Shown here in pieces: positions 44,701 to 58,415 of a stretch of 64,000 bases of DNA. The notes below the pieces were generated by a model, which was not told where the DNA came from, did no database searches, and worked only from the letters and a program-made list of their open reading frames with translations. The stretch spans positions 62,001 through 126,000 of the forward strand of contig NW_026855873.1 in the NCBI RefSeq assembly GCF_026571515.1, written 5' to 3'. Every line of letters begins with the position of its first letter. Positions within the stretch are counted from its first letter, which is position 1. A program made the position numbers and the translations under genes. The stretch is from Ruditapes philippinarum. Taxonomy: Eukaryota.

Positions 44701-45213
44701 TAGAAAAGTACATCCCCCTCCTATGTAGCGCTTGTACGTTTCCCGTAATGCTTGCAGAAAAGTTTCTATGCGGCCATTAGCTTGATGAAAATATTTGTTA
44801 TAATTTGGGAAAAGTACTTTAATCAAAGGTGCGATAGGCCTATTATCATCATTATTAGCTAAGCCTTTGATATTTAAATAGATTTTTAAATATGTTGATA
44901 CTGCGTTTAACTTAAAATAAATAAACAAATAAATAAATCTAACGACTGTCATGATAATTGATTGGTAGTGTCCCATGTAAAAAGGTATTTTCGAGGGAAT
45001 ACTACAAAATACATTCTAATACACATGAATTTATCTAGAACTTTTTTTATTCATTTTTATTTTAAAGATTTTAGAAAACATATACATTCGATAAAAAAAT
45101 GAAAATGTATGAAATAAAAAACATACCTGTTCAGATCTAGATAAATGCCTAGATTCTACAACTAAAACGACGCTCTTGAAAAATACAAGCAGAAACGCGA
45201 CCTTTACTTCCAT
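41720..45213 (-). CDS. Uncharacterised secreted low-complexity protein of about 839 aa: signal peptide, Arg-rich 8-aa repeats, acidic Asp/Val/Pro 30-aa repeats; candidate shell-matrix or adhesive protein
   Basis: Exon 45213-45127 encodes MEVKVAFLLVFFKSVVLVVESRHLSRSEQ and ends at a phase-0 gtatgt donor. The acceptor tttcgtag opens exon 44152-41720, which is in frame with the 762-aa ORF (IQPRPSGSW...GQLEYSHN...PVGPLIQ*). Confidence 0.8.
41930..42690 (-). repeat. 90-bp coding tandem repeat (30 aa, PAETSIVVDPVVSVDSIIPADTAVPVDIVK-like), 8 or more units
   Basis: actggtttca recurs at 41963, 42053, 42143, 42233, 42323, 42413, 42503 and 42593. Confidence 0.9.
43600..43860 (-). repeat. 24-bp coding tandem repeat (8 aa, xLSxRRTG-like), about 10 units
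   Basis: TLTSQRLG TLSNGRRR TLSSRHTG LLLSQPTG ILSRRRTG TLASQRTG ILSNRRAG ALSSRRTG ILSNRRIG TDSNRGTE. Confidence 0.85.
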
Positions 45214-45580
45214 GTTCATAAACAGTTAACTGACTATAGGCATTACAAGATGTGCATGTATCAAAAACATCAGACGTACATGCGTCAAATATTTGATTGA
45301 ACAAGTAATTATTAGTATGCGACATCTCTTTCTGACAAGTCAAATTGCAAATATCTCGCAAAATTTACATGAATGACATCTTTTTTGTCAAGCAATACAA
45401 ATGAGATCTGGAGTTCAGTGTCATAATTAACGAGCGTGCACACATGAAAATGAAAATAAAATGTCACTTACCAAATACCCTACCCCAAAAAATTGCAAAA
45501 ACAAATACAGAATGTAGGCTATATGATGGTCTTTTTTTTTCATTTTTCTTTGAAAACTAAATCTTTATGTGCAAAATATA

Positions 45581-45587
45581 TTTTATA
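45581..45587 (-). promoter_or_regulatory. Putative TATA box of the secreted repeat-protein gene
   Basis: TATAAAA on the minus strand, about 38 bp upstream of an ATG (45543) in a short exon ending at a GTAAGT donor (45471). Confidence 0.45.
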
Positions 45588-47474
45588 GAGATCTACGCAT
45601 GTTAAATTAAAAATGATCCGTCAAAATGTGACTTTGACGGGGTTTTTCTTTCTGACAAAATGCGCGTTTGGAATTTCTAAAAAGTAAATACCCGTTAAAG
45701 GTGTGTTTTTATTGATTAGAGAGACTTTATTAAAGTGCACTTGAAGAACATCCATTCATTATTTGAATCAACCCCACGACCTAACACTTTTAGCATATTC
45801 ATGTTGATCAACACGCACCTTCCCGCGCATGAGTTAAACATAGAATACCATCACAGTATTCAAACTGAAATAACAGAAGATGATTTAACTAAATAGAAAA
45901 TCAGTTGTAGGCCGTCAGTCACCAATTAAATTTTCTGAAAATGGACGTCATCTTATGAACAGGTCTACTGAGTCTGTATCCATATATTCGAAAGTCACAT
46001 TATCTAGTGTATCAATGTGATACATTGTAATATTCTATCAGAGACCTGGGATTTAATTTCTTTTTGTCCCAGAAGAGTCTTATATTACAAACTATAGCTC
46101 TCTGCTTTATGTGTATAATGATGATTTAAGAATGATCATTTTGTACTCATCATATCGATAAATTATGCATCTTAGTTATAGTACAATGTTGGCAAAATTA
46201 TTTCATTTATGATAACTTCATGATAATTCATGTATTATCAGAAGATTAGTATGTTAATATTACAGTAATTGGATCCATTGGGAATAAGGCAATCCTATAG
46301 GGTAACATAAAAAATCGTACTTAATTTTATGCAGTTTTTGTATGTTTTATATGCATGTTGATATATGTGACAATAAAGTACATGTGTTTATGTATATTTC
46401 TAAATAGATACGAAAGAAAATGACACTTCGTTGTCTAAGGTGACCGCAGGGCATGGCAACATAATGTTTTTTACAACTTTTAGCATGGGTATTACATGTG
46501 TAACTTACAGCTTTTATGTAATTTTAATGCAATTACAAATGTACTTTAATTTAACATAAACGACGATGACAGACTGCATGGACAGGATGACATAGTCACA
46601 TTATATATCTAGACTATACATATGAATTCATACTAGACATCTAACTATCGATTAATATCTATATATAGGCCTTATATAGTATCTATAATAGGCCTATATC
46701 AGAGTCCTTCAACTCTATTTGAAAAAAAAAAAAAAAAAAAAAAAAACAGAAAGAATATCTATATATAGATCTTTGATACTATTCTAGTTTGTTATTGCAA
46801 GGAACTGTAAAAAAACAATGTATTTTTATATCTTTGGTTTTTTCGTAAAATTCTTAAATACCCTTTTGATAATATCACAGATATACATGATAATATAGCA
46901 AGCTGCACGGTATTCACGTGATTAAGACGTAATAAAAATGGGCTATATATCGGATACTGTACTGTGCACGTGCCGACATGTATTTAAATATAGTATATAA
47001 TTAATTATTGTAATATCATAGATTTAAAAGTAAATTGAATTCAGCCTCAGTTTAATTTTCAAATGTTTCTACGCTCGCCCTCAATCAAATTACCAGTCTG
47101 TTGCGGTTTATGTACAGCCGAATCAAGCGAATGTCCGACGTGAATATACGTGGCTGTGTGACGTCATAGAGGTAAACAGAAATTTATCATATTTTGACTT
47201 TTTTGCTTGTTTAAAATACTTTAAGCATACTTTTATCGCCGAAAATATAAAATGCGTTGAAGTGAGTTAATTAGCACTTATTGTGTCTTGTAACATCGAC
47301 TCAAGACAATAATTAATTGTATGTCTTGTTTTCAATATGTGAACAGCGTTCGGATATATTTATTTTCGGATGCTTACTAACAACATGCTGATTTCTTCTA
47401 TTACAAGTGTTTTTGTGATCCGGTAAAGAGACTTGTGGAAAACTTGTCCATAACCGAAGTAACCCCAAAACAAT

Positions 47475-47540
47475 GCAATTCATGACAGAGTTATTTAAAT
47501 CGTAAGCAATTCATGACAGAGTTATTTAAATCGTAAGCAA
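47475..47540. repeat. Perfect 31-bp tandem duplication in the PRRC1 5' region
   Basis: gcaattcatgacagagttatttaaatcgtaa x2, followed by gcaa. Confidence 0.85.
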
Positions 47541-48392
47541 GTGCTGGTGTTATTTCAATATTTGGCCATTGAAATTTGAACTGTTGAATATTAGTTTTAG
47601 CTGTGAAAAGATTCCCAGGTTTTAGTAAGCTATAAATATAAAACTGAATACAAAGATATAATTTACATAATCCTGTATAAAGCCGTCAAAGAGGCAAGCT
47701 GGTAAATAATGTAGGCTGACAGTAAAAATTGACTTGGAAAGACTACATTCTAACTAATACACTTCAGACCAATTTGTATTAATTTAGACTGTGGCTGCCA
47801 GCTGAAGATTGTTAATAATTTGACTGTTTTGTCTATCCTGTAGGAGCATGAAATAGACTAGTGGTGATATACTCCACACAGGTGTGAATACTGCTTAAAT
47901 CACCTGGGAAGCAGTTAAATGGTATGACCCAAGGTCAAAAGCTCATGTCTAGGTCCCCGACTGTCAGGGTTTGACATTAATGGGAAAACAAGGGAACTTT
48001 TTTATAAACACGATAAATATTTAACTGGAAATGCTACTATGTTAATAATTTTTTTTTTAAAAGTTGATTTGAATTCAATATAAGAAGTGGAAAAAAGTTA
48101 ACAAACAATGTTTCCAGATTGGGCTTGTATCTTATATAAATTTACTAGATAAGATAACAAGATGATGTTTATTTTTATTATGCTCTGGACAGGTTTGTTA
48201 CTTTCATTTTAGACTGAGCACATGAAATGCACAAATTATTGTGATAAAGACCAACAAAAGATAAAGATAAAAAAAGCAGTTTAAGATTAAATGTTGTGTT
48301 ATATTTAAGTAGTGACAAAATGAGAATGTGAAAATAATATCATAATTTACCTCACATACTTGTCATTTATACAGAAAACAGACAGTTTAATT

Positions 48393-51300
48393 ATGATGGC
48401 TGAAGAATCTTCAGATGAATCTGCTGAGTTAGTAGATAAGGAAGAAGCAGTCAGTGCAGAGAAACAGTTCACAAGTCAACAATCAAGCACTGGTAAGTAA
48501 ATCACATTAATCCAGTTGACAAGTAACTTACTGTAAGTTATTGATCATTGTTCAACAGACAGATTTCATAAATTATCCTGTATATTTTAATATTGAACAA
48601 TCTAGATCATAGTATACAACTTAATGAGTGTATGTCTAATACAGAAAGGTAAATTCAAATATATCTCATAGTTAAATACTTTTAAAGCTGTTACTGCCTG
48701 CAAAGTTTTTCACTTCAATGCTAAAAGGAAATGCAATATAGCATGGTTTCTAATTATTGATTTCTTGACTTTTGAAGATTAACTGTGTGAACTGAGTTGA
48801 AAATAATTTTCAAGAATTCCTTGCATCCATTAGAATTTCATTGCCTTTCGTTATCAACAGGGATGTCACCTCCAGCTCCTCTCCCCTCCTTCCTCTCACA
48901 GACTCCAACTTCTAGTCCTGTTGTACCAGTCAGCCCTCAGACTACCAGTGCAGGGGGAACCACGGCTGGTGCATCACAGAGTGTATCAAGTCCAGGAACT
49001 CCAGTATCACAAGCAACATCAGTGTCACCGCCTACGTCACCACCAGTTAGTGTCCAGCAAGTGACGCCTCCAGGTATGTGCTGTCATTTAAAGTTTTTAT
49101 GTGTTGAAGTGTGTCACTTAGTACATGTAGTAGTTAAGATTTACTGGGGGAGTTAAGTGGTTAAGGTGTCTGGCTATCAACCCAGGGTTCATGGGTTCAA
49201 GCCCTAATTGGGTCATGACCATGTTTCTTCATATGACACCAGTATTGGTTGGTTCCAGGAAGCGGATTTGAAAGTGATTAATACAAGTTGCAAGAACTTG
49301 TTTCGCAATCGAGCTAAAATAAATATGTTTTAACCAAGATTTTAGGGCTAAATATCCATTTCCTTCCATTTGTGTATTCTTAGTATTCTTACACAGTCAG
49401 TTTCTATAAATTCTTATAAATTAAAGATTTTCAATCAATCATCACCTTAGTGCAGTAACAGGTTAACTCCTTATAGGATTTAATAGGAGTTAACCCATAA
49501 CTGCTCTAAGGTTATGAAATGGTTAAGGTTACTGACCTAGAATCACTTGCCTCTGAAATCTTGGAGTTCTCATCCTGTCAGGATGACTGAAAAAAATGCT
49601 AAGTTTATTATTTTGACAGAAAAGATTGCGTAGTTTAGTGGCCTGGCTTGTACTGCTTTCAGTATTGTATTCATGTTTTAAAGGTCCGCAGATGTCACCA
49701 TATGAAGCAAGTTCAGCAATTGATGTACCAGAGATGGAAGTTGATCCTGCTGATATACAGTCACCGCAAAGTGGTCTGTTCAGCTGGATATCTGGAAATA
49801 AAATGCTCTCAAAAATGGTGGAGAAAACCAAGTCTTCCATGGAGACTATGATCACAACTTTAGATCCCGGCATGAAAGAAATTATACGTAGGTTTTATGT
49901 TCTGTATTTAATTTGTTTGAAAAATAAGTCTTGTTTCTTTTTAATTGAATAAGAAAGAGGTTATACTAATTAGGATAAAAATTGAAGGAGCTGGAAAAGG
50001 TTGTTATGTTCTAGGTATTATTTCCCTTAAGTATATCATCGCAACCCTGAATAACTCAAAAGGGAGCCTACAGATCTTAACTTCTTAATCATGCATAGTC
50101 TAATCTGACTGGACTTTTTACTGTTGGTAGCTCAAAATTTGTATTCCAATATTAAAATCCATTAAATTTCAAATAGACTAATCCAAATTCAAAATAGGGC
50201 TGATCCATTTTACAATTTCTGAAGATTAAGGGTTAAGCTGCCAATACAAACAAATTGAAAATATACAATGTGAGAGGAGTATGCACATAATATTTGTACA
50301 GAAGTGCGTTGCTTATATAATCATGATTGCTGCATTCTCTATAGCTTTACAATAATCTGTTTTTATGATGGCATTTAAAGGTTCGGGAGGAGATGTATGT
50401 ATTCTTGTCACATCTACGAAGGAGTCTAAAGTTAGTGCAATTAGAGAGGCTTTTCAGAATGTTTTTGGTAGAGCATCTGTTTTAGGAAGGGTAAATATAC
50501 ATGTTGTTTACATGAATTTGTAAAATACGTTACTTATGAAAAAAAAAGACTAAATTGTTGTAAGGTACTTATGGAACTTTCAAACACCTTGTTCAGCTTA
50601 AAAATTTAGTGACCTGTCTAGCAGATATTTACATGTACCCATGTATATTATAATGAAAAAAACAAAAATTGAAAAAAAAATGTTGGGAGTTTGCTTCTAT
50701 TCAGTTGAACTTCGTTCGCTCGAACTCGGAGGGCCTGTGAAAATTTGTTCGAGAGATCGGTAGTTCGAGTCAACCGAGGTTGACTATTTTTTAGGAAAAC
50801 ATAGGCCGAAAGGTTTTTAGCTTACATCGATCAAATGATAAATATGTCAATATAATTGTTCGTTAGTACATCTGTCCGTCGAATATGTCATATTCAGAAT
50901 CATTATCCCAGTGTTTTCAGTTAAGTATTAACTGAACACTGTGTTTCCATATTCATGAAATTGTAATTGGTTGAGTTCGATTGGGCAATCAGACCAAACT
51001 TGTTGAACAATGTTCAAAATATATTTATATGTTTATTATTGGAAGAATTTAATGTCAAGAAATGAATTAATAAAATATTTAAAAAAAAAAACAAACGTTT
51101 TACAGCAGCATCTACATGTATTTGTAGTCATTTACTAAAATAAACTCACCTACAAGTATCATTCTATAAATAGATAACACTGTTACAATTCACGTCACAT
51201 GAACCAGGGTTGTAATAAAAGCCGTCCAGTTAAACGTCATTCTTTATTGACTTTTGCATATTTCACTTATTTCACGAGTTATTTTCTTTTTTTCTTTTTA

Positions 51301-53220
51301 TCATTACGATAAACAGCAAATCAACAATATTATCATAACAAACAAATCGGTTACAACACCTCTTTTTTGTATCGATTAACCTTAATTACCTTTGTCACGA
51401 TCACAAGGTGTGACATGTGTCATCCACTGTCATTTATTTAGGACATGTTGACTTGTCTTTTTGTTTTCAACCGAAAAGGTGTGATTTTCACTATTTTTCT
51501 GCCAAATGGACCAAAGATCATGTTCGAGAGTTCGAGCGATCGGTGTTTGAGCGATCCGAAGTAGAACAATATATATTATTTAGGAATTTTGCTGGGACTG
51601 GGCGATGAGTTCGAGCCAAGGGAGGTATTCGAGCGGTCCGTGTTTGAGCCAACGAAGTTTAACTGTGTTCCTGTTTACATTATTTTATATTGTAATAATA
51701 GTTTGTATTTCATATGAACTTAAAACTTAAATTTAAATATTATTCTAAAGTTCCTGGTTTTTAAAATCAATTTTTTTCTACAGCTTCAGTGTTCAAGTCA
51801 ATTATATTCTTATAAAGACATTATGAAATTTTGAAAAAGTTGGTTTACTTTATACCAAAAATTAAAAGCTATAGCATAATGGGATGATTTGAAGTCTCCA
51901 AATATGCTTTACATCAGACTCGTATTTAAGTACATGTATTGTGTTACAATTTTAATATCTGTCCTGAGGATTTAAGCCCATTGAGCAGTAATTAGGCTTG
52001 CTGAGTTGCAGCCCTTGGGCTGGCACCCAAAGGTCATTGTGACCAACCTCCCGTACTCTAGCATGGACTTGCATTGAATCATATCCCTTTGTGAACTTCA
52101 TTATACCTATTATATTAAATGACGATCTTGACAAATGCTTTATAATCAGGAGATGACCTGTCTTTAGGGGTGCTTTCGTAGAACAAAACATTAGTCCCTG
52201 TTACATAATGAACAAATCTCATCTTGTAAATATGTATTCAGAACCTTGATAACATTTCAGGAAAGTCAGGCTACCACAGCTGCACAGCCAGTAGGGTTCA
52301 CGGCTGGATTGAAAGGAGCCCAGGAACGAATACAGAACCTGCGTCAGGCGGAAAATATACCCGATGATCAGCCTGTGGTGTCTATTGAGGGATTTATTGT
52401 AGAAATGTTACCTGATAGGTATGATTGGTCATAATTTCTTTAGTGTCCTTTTTTTGCTTGTTTTGCTTATTGATAACACTTAACACACAGATTTGAGTGA
52501 TATTGTTTCATCCAAGATGTCTGTCTTTTTGAAAAGAACTTTTTGTTAACAATAATAACTTCATTCTATAAATTTAGGTCTGCATACTTTTTTCATATTC
52601 CTGTATACAAAGGTAAATTTTGATAAATTTATAAATTAAATAAATAAATTTTATAAAGTTCCAGAAATTTCACTTTAATAATATTATTCATTAAAACAGG
52701 TACATGTATGGGATTAGGGCATTTTTATTTTGAAATATACGTAATTTAAGTTTCAACAACCTGTTGATTCTGAATATCCATAGTCCAAACAGAAATGTTT
52801 CTTGACCTAAAAATCAGATATGTTAGAACTATAATAAATTTGTAATGACAGTTATTTTCGGTTTCATTTCGGTAGATTCTAAGTATTATTCACTCTGTTT
52901 ACAGATGGTATGAACTTAGCTGTCTCATATTGCAAGACCCCCAGCATAGAATTGACCTACAGACGTTTTCACAGCCTTCGCCTATACCCGCTGAGTATAT
53001 TCTAAAAGCTCAGGACCAGACACCAAAAGACTATCCTTTACGTTGGTCCGGATTAGCTGTCAGTATCGGACAGGTTGTCGAAGAGGAAAACCCGCACATA
53101 GGACATGTAGACTGGCAGAACGGCATTGTGGGAGTGAGTCGACGAGAATCTCTATATTTAGCGGCCAAATCGCTGGCCTACATGTATAAACAAAGACTGC
53201 CTACTATGTTTGTGTCTTGA
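48393..53220 (+). CDS. PRRC1: Protein PRRC1 (Pro-rich N-terminus, C-terminal NTPase/ITPase-like fold), about 366 aa
   Basis: Exons 48393-48492, 48861-49073, 49684-49887, 50381-50490, 52261-52418, 52905-53220. Diagnostic motifs: KTKSSMETMITTLDPGM, SGGDV..VTS.KE.KV.A.REAFQ.VFG, QPVGFTAGLKGAQERI, TPKDYPLRWSGL, MYKQRLP. Confidence 0.95.
49145..49335 (+). mobile_element. tRNA-derived SINE
   Basis: A-box-like agtggttaagg and B-box gggttcaagccc, followed by a SINE body and an A/T-rich tail. Confidence 0.65.
50702..51665. mobile_element. Tc1/mariner-like MITE in a PRRC1 intron
   Basis: CAGTTGAACTTCGTT...AACGAAGTTTAACTG imperfect TIR with ttcgag subterminal repeats; TA TSD degenerate. Confidence 0.75.
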
Positions 53221-56200
53221 AAAAAAAATGCTCTTTACTTCATGTAATGACAATTTTTTATCAAGAGGGACATAGAATATTTATTGTAAGAAGATAAAAA
53301 AAGATTTTCTGTTGTTTTAAACATACATTCGTACGTAAAAGCCTGAAACAATATTTTTTTAAATAAAGATTTTGTTTGCGTTTAGCTAGTTAATCTTTAT
53401 AAATAAAAACTGCCAGGCATAGAGGCTATACCTACTTATTTTCCTATGATTTTTTCTTCTATAAATGTGAGCTTAATTAAAAAGTATGTTCAGGAATGAC
53501 AGGTATTATCATAAGATTGTCAGTGGCATCCCTGTAAGTTACTGTTTTTGTTGAGGTTTTTTTTTTCATGTGAAATCTGTAAGAATTTTTTAAAGCAGTA
53601 CTGTAGACAAAATGCGCTCTGTGATGTAGTGCATTTAAGGTGCTCATTTTCAAATTGACCATTAGGAAGTTTGCTTTGACTTGTATTTCTTTATTTAATA
53701 AGGATAAATAAAGTCTAATGAGTTCTTAGTTTAATAATGTTAACCTGACATTTTGACAGTAGTCATTTATCACAAAATTATATGAAAATGATTAGTTTTT
53801 GTTACATGTGTTAAGGAAGAAAAATTGAGTGTTGACAAATTTATTATATGTAACATACATACATTTACTTGGTCATTTGTTGTAATTGCTTGGACATCCA
53901 TTGCTTTTATACTGTCAAGTACATTTTGCTCTTATTGCAGAGGAATAAAGATCAGGTTCAAAAAATCATGTTTTACAATTTCTTCCTAATTTAGGCTTAT
54001 ATTCAAAGTGGTATTAAAACTTTTCGGTTTTATTTTTAGCTTAAAGCCGGGATAAAAATGACACATGATGAAATTGAAAAACAAATTCTTATTTATTCTT
54101 CAAGATATGTGCTATTTAAAAGTTAATACAAATATTGATTCTGTCTTTAAATTTTACCGTTTTTTGATCAAGATAGTATTAATGTTATTATGTTATTTGT
54201 ATTGTTATTTCTACATTTTATCCTAAAATAAGTTGATTTCATAATGTTTGAAAGTGTAGTAGATTGTTGTGAAAGTCTCATGTAGCAATGAAATCTAAAT
54301 CTGGTTCATTTGATCCTGAGCTTGAATTTTTTCTTTATGAAAAGAACAAGGCCTGGCTACTGTTGGTTTTGAAGAATCCTTTGATGTTGAAAAAAATAAG
54401 CAAAGAAGTAAACAACAAGTTATGGTTATTCCTTATAATATGAAATAATGTGCATGGATCAGTCTGATTCAAGACTAGAAGAGTCTTCCATCAATTGAAA
54501 CGAATATCCATGGGAGACTAACCACATATGGATTACTAAATTGTGCTTCCATTATATCGACAACTTGGCATTATATTTCTCAGTTTTATGCTCCATAAGT
54601 GAATATAATCCTCATATGTATCACCGTAAATCTAATTTTTTTTTTTTTTAACCAAAGCACATTTCAGTGATCAGTAAAAGGTTTGTGCCCTAGCTTTGAT
54701 AGTGTTGTCAGTTCATGGTAAAGGAATCAGTATCGATCTTTTTATTTGAAGATTGTTTAGTTAATTTTTTGGTCATAAAAGATAAATTTATCTGAATTTA
54801 TAATAAATGATATAGATAATTAAACATGTGACCAGCATATTCTCTCACAATGCCTCTTGTAAAATCATTGTACATATAGCATGTGGACTTTATTAATTAT
54901 TACTCATTTTGTAAAAAAGGTTGCCATGTATATTTTTTAGGCCTGTGATAATGTAAATATAGAATATGTAGAACATAACATATTATATTTTATTTTGCAA
55001 ATTAACATTTTATTATTAGTTGTGCTAGAGAAATTATGCATAATTTAACTTTTCATAGTTTTAGAAAAATTTGAAAAATGTGCGTTCATGTCTAATTCGT
55101 TTAGTAATATATTATAAAATACTAACGAAAAAAATGTTGCTTTGTTTCTTAGTAGAAAATATGTTATAGAAAGTTTGAGTCTTGAGTGTTTTCTAAATAG
55201 AAAATTTCCTATTCAGGAAATGATTCAAACAATCTGGAACAAAACTAAAAACATTCTTGTATTATTATTAACTTTTACAAAGATCTGTTCAGTTTTATAT
55301 TTAGAGGTTATAATGATTTTCATTTTTTGGAAAAAAAAAAAAGAAAGAAAAATTGACAAAGATGAATATACAGTAAACTATGCTTAAATTATATGCAGGG
55401 GACAGGTAAATTTATATTTTATATCCCGATATCCTTATGTCTGAGAGCCAACCTATTTGAAAATAACAGCTGGGACCACATCAAAAGCATTGTTAAAAGC
55501 GGTATTATGATATAAGCAATGTCAATATTTACTGTTTATATTATTAGTTTACTGTACAATATATTAAGTCATATTCTTTGATTTATTTACAAAATGTATA
55601 GAAAAAAAGATTTTAGTAATTCAACTTTTATTAAAGATCTCTTTCAAGCTATGGCCTTCTTACTTGCTGTTTGACACATTTTCATAGTTATCTTTTGATA
55701 AAATAATTGAATACATGCATGAAACAATAATTAATTATCAGTATTTTAAATATATTGCATTATTAACTGTATATGAAGGGTTCATTTGGTGCATTTTTCA
55801 GAATTTATACATAAGAACATGAATTGTGAACGTATTGTCATTATTATACATGTACATATAATGATAAAAAATATAGATACAAGTTACATGTTTATCTTAC
55901 AATTGGAAAGACATAATAAAGGAGACATTTTGTCCATGTTATATTTTAAAATGAGATTTAGTGAGAAAAGTTGTGTGAGTGATTGGTATATTCATGTATC
56001 TTTATGTAGATGATAATGATAATAATGATAACAATAAATGATAATTTATGGTTCCTTTTTGCAGTCTTTTCTGAGGGATTACCCCTTTCCAGATTTATTT
56101 TCACTCTGATAGCCAAGGTCTAGATTCTTTCAGGTAAGGAAAACATCCAGTTTGTTTTATTTAAGGGGAGTGGTTGTGTGTGTTTGGGTTTGTTTACCCT

Positions 56201-58415
56201 TGACACGGGAAAGATACCATATGGGCGAGCATTTTTGAGTGGTTCTACTTAAATGCAAGCTAATGTCTAATGTAATACAAACATTGGTGTCTTAGGTATG
56301 CTGGAAAGTTTTGTTTGTCTTTTACAGAGACAGTGCGAATTATATCCCTATCGAAAAAAGTCGAGATCATTGTGTGCATTATACTGTGAGAAACTAATTA
56401 GAATTTGGAAAGCTGTCATTTCAGTTTTAACTTTGAATATTTTGATGTTGAACATATCCTACAATATATCATAGTGTAATTTATGCTGAATATTTCGACA
56501 AGTTCGACCATCGATGTGGAAATAGAGACAAATTTTGTATTTTACTTCTGACAAATTTATAAATTCGTCCAAGTGTAAATAAATTTGTTAAAAATATTAC
56601 AGTGGAAAGTACAAATATAAGCGTAATTTAGGAATTGAATAGTACCTAATTTTGCAATCAGCAAAGATGAATATGTTTCAACTGACCTAATGGACCTACA
56701 TCACAAGTTTTCGAATCATGAACCAAGAATGTAAAGTGACACTGCTCTTGGGATCACATGATTAAACATGGATTTACACATGTTATGAAAAGCTTAGTTA
56801 TCTTTGAAAACGGCAGACATATGTTGCTGAAATAAGGAAGATATCAGATAAATTTTGGTATTTAACTGTCTCTTTTGTTATTTAGTCTATATGTGATATG
56901 ACCAGGAAGAATATGTAGAACTCGTGGTTCAACACTTTTTATAGCTACATTTGTACTTTAGTGTAGCACTGGTAACACTGTTTTAAATGTGTTTGCATCT
57001 CCTTGGCATTTTCCATCAAACTCCATAGAAGATTTTTTAATAATAGCCAATGCTTTCCAGTTGTTGAAAATGTTGACCAGGAGTTGTATGTATACATATT
57101 TAACACTGATAGGATTTGCATGTGATCATAGCCTACAGATAACCCTTTTAGATTGTTTTATGACAAATTTCATACAGGCCAGTTATCATCATCGAGGCAG
57201 TAGGGTCAATCTGTACATGTGTAATACATATGGCATGTGCACTGAAATTGTTTCTCAATAACTGTCTGCTTAGTTCCCCATTTTTTAAAAAAAATCTAAT
57301 TTGTCTGACTTTTGACTACGAAAGTGCATGTTCGACTTCCAACTACAGATATGTCCGAATTTTTACTATTCTGTCAGAGTCATAGTGTTTCGCGCCTACA
57401 TACATTTTCTTCCCATTTTCTGAATACTTTTGACATTACAGTGCCAATTAATGAACACAGCCTACACAGGGTTTGACACTAAATGGGAAGTAATACAAAA
57501 GAACATAATCTCCATAAAGGTAATCACAGCAATCTGTCAACTTAGGGTAATAGAGTTTTGTTGGAGTCGGTGTAAAGATTATGCATCTGTTTAATTGGAT
57601 AAGGTAATTTTAAGTTTTTGAATGTACAGTAAGCCTCTTGAGTAGGTTATGATTGAATTTCTTGAATAAAAATGGTTTTCATCTGTCTGATATTTACGTC
57701 GTCCGACTTTTTAAGGATTGACCTTATGTTGAATAACACGTTACATATTGCATCGAACTAATATGTTTCAGAATCAAGAAATGCATTTTATTCAATAAAA
57801 ACATTTAATATGATTGGAGAAGAAAAATATTTAGTGGTGTTTACTAATCATGCAAAGTAACTAGTGTTGTTCTACCTGCTCATGTATTCTTCAAAGGGAG
57901 GTAATTTGACAACAAGGAGACTGAAAATCGCTAAATCGAAGTAAGAAATTTATAAGTTTATTTCACTGAATTACATGGAATGATACACTGAAGAGCAAAA
58001 TATTCAAAACGGTTAGGGCTTAGTTTCAATCGGAACTCAAGTATGCAATGATTTGCAACTCAACAAGTAAAGTGAAAATTCAACTCTTTTTATCTGGATC
58101 ATGGATGATGTGGCTTTTACAGTTTTTTAAGTTTAATGATGATCTAGAATCTACATGTATAAATATATTTTGGACAAACTATTCAAAAGCCCCAAAACAT
58201 TGGAATAATTGTGAACCCAGCCCTTTAAATTGGACCCCAGAACAGCTTGCTTTTTTATTTTGGGCTGCCACCCTCACACCATTGCTTTTTTACATGTAAA
58301 TATTTATCAGTTTATTTCTTAAACAACAACAAAATTTAGAATAACATCTAGTAACAGAGTAACAGCATAGAAACAGAAACTGTCCAGAACATTTCACTGT
58401 TTAGGGGAGATGATG

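Noticed and set aside
53221-58300. Additional gene between PRRC1 and PARP16
   Set aside because: Only short AT-rich ORFs without coherent splice phases; more consistent with a long 3' UTR, promoter and decayed repeats.
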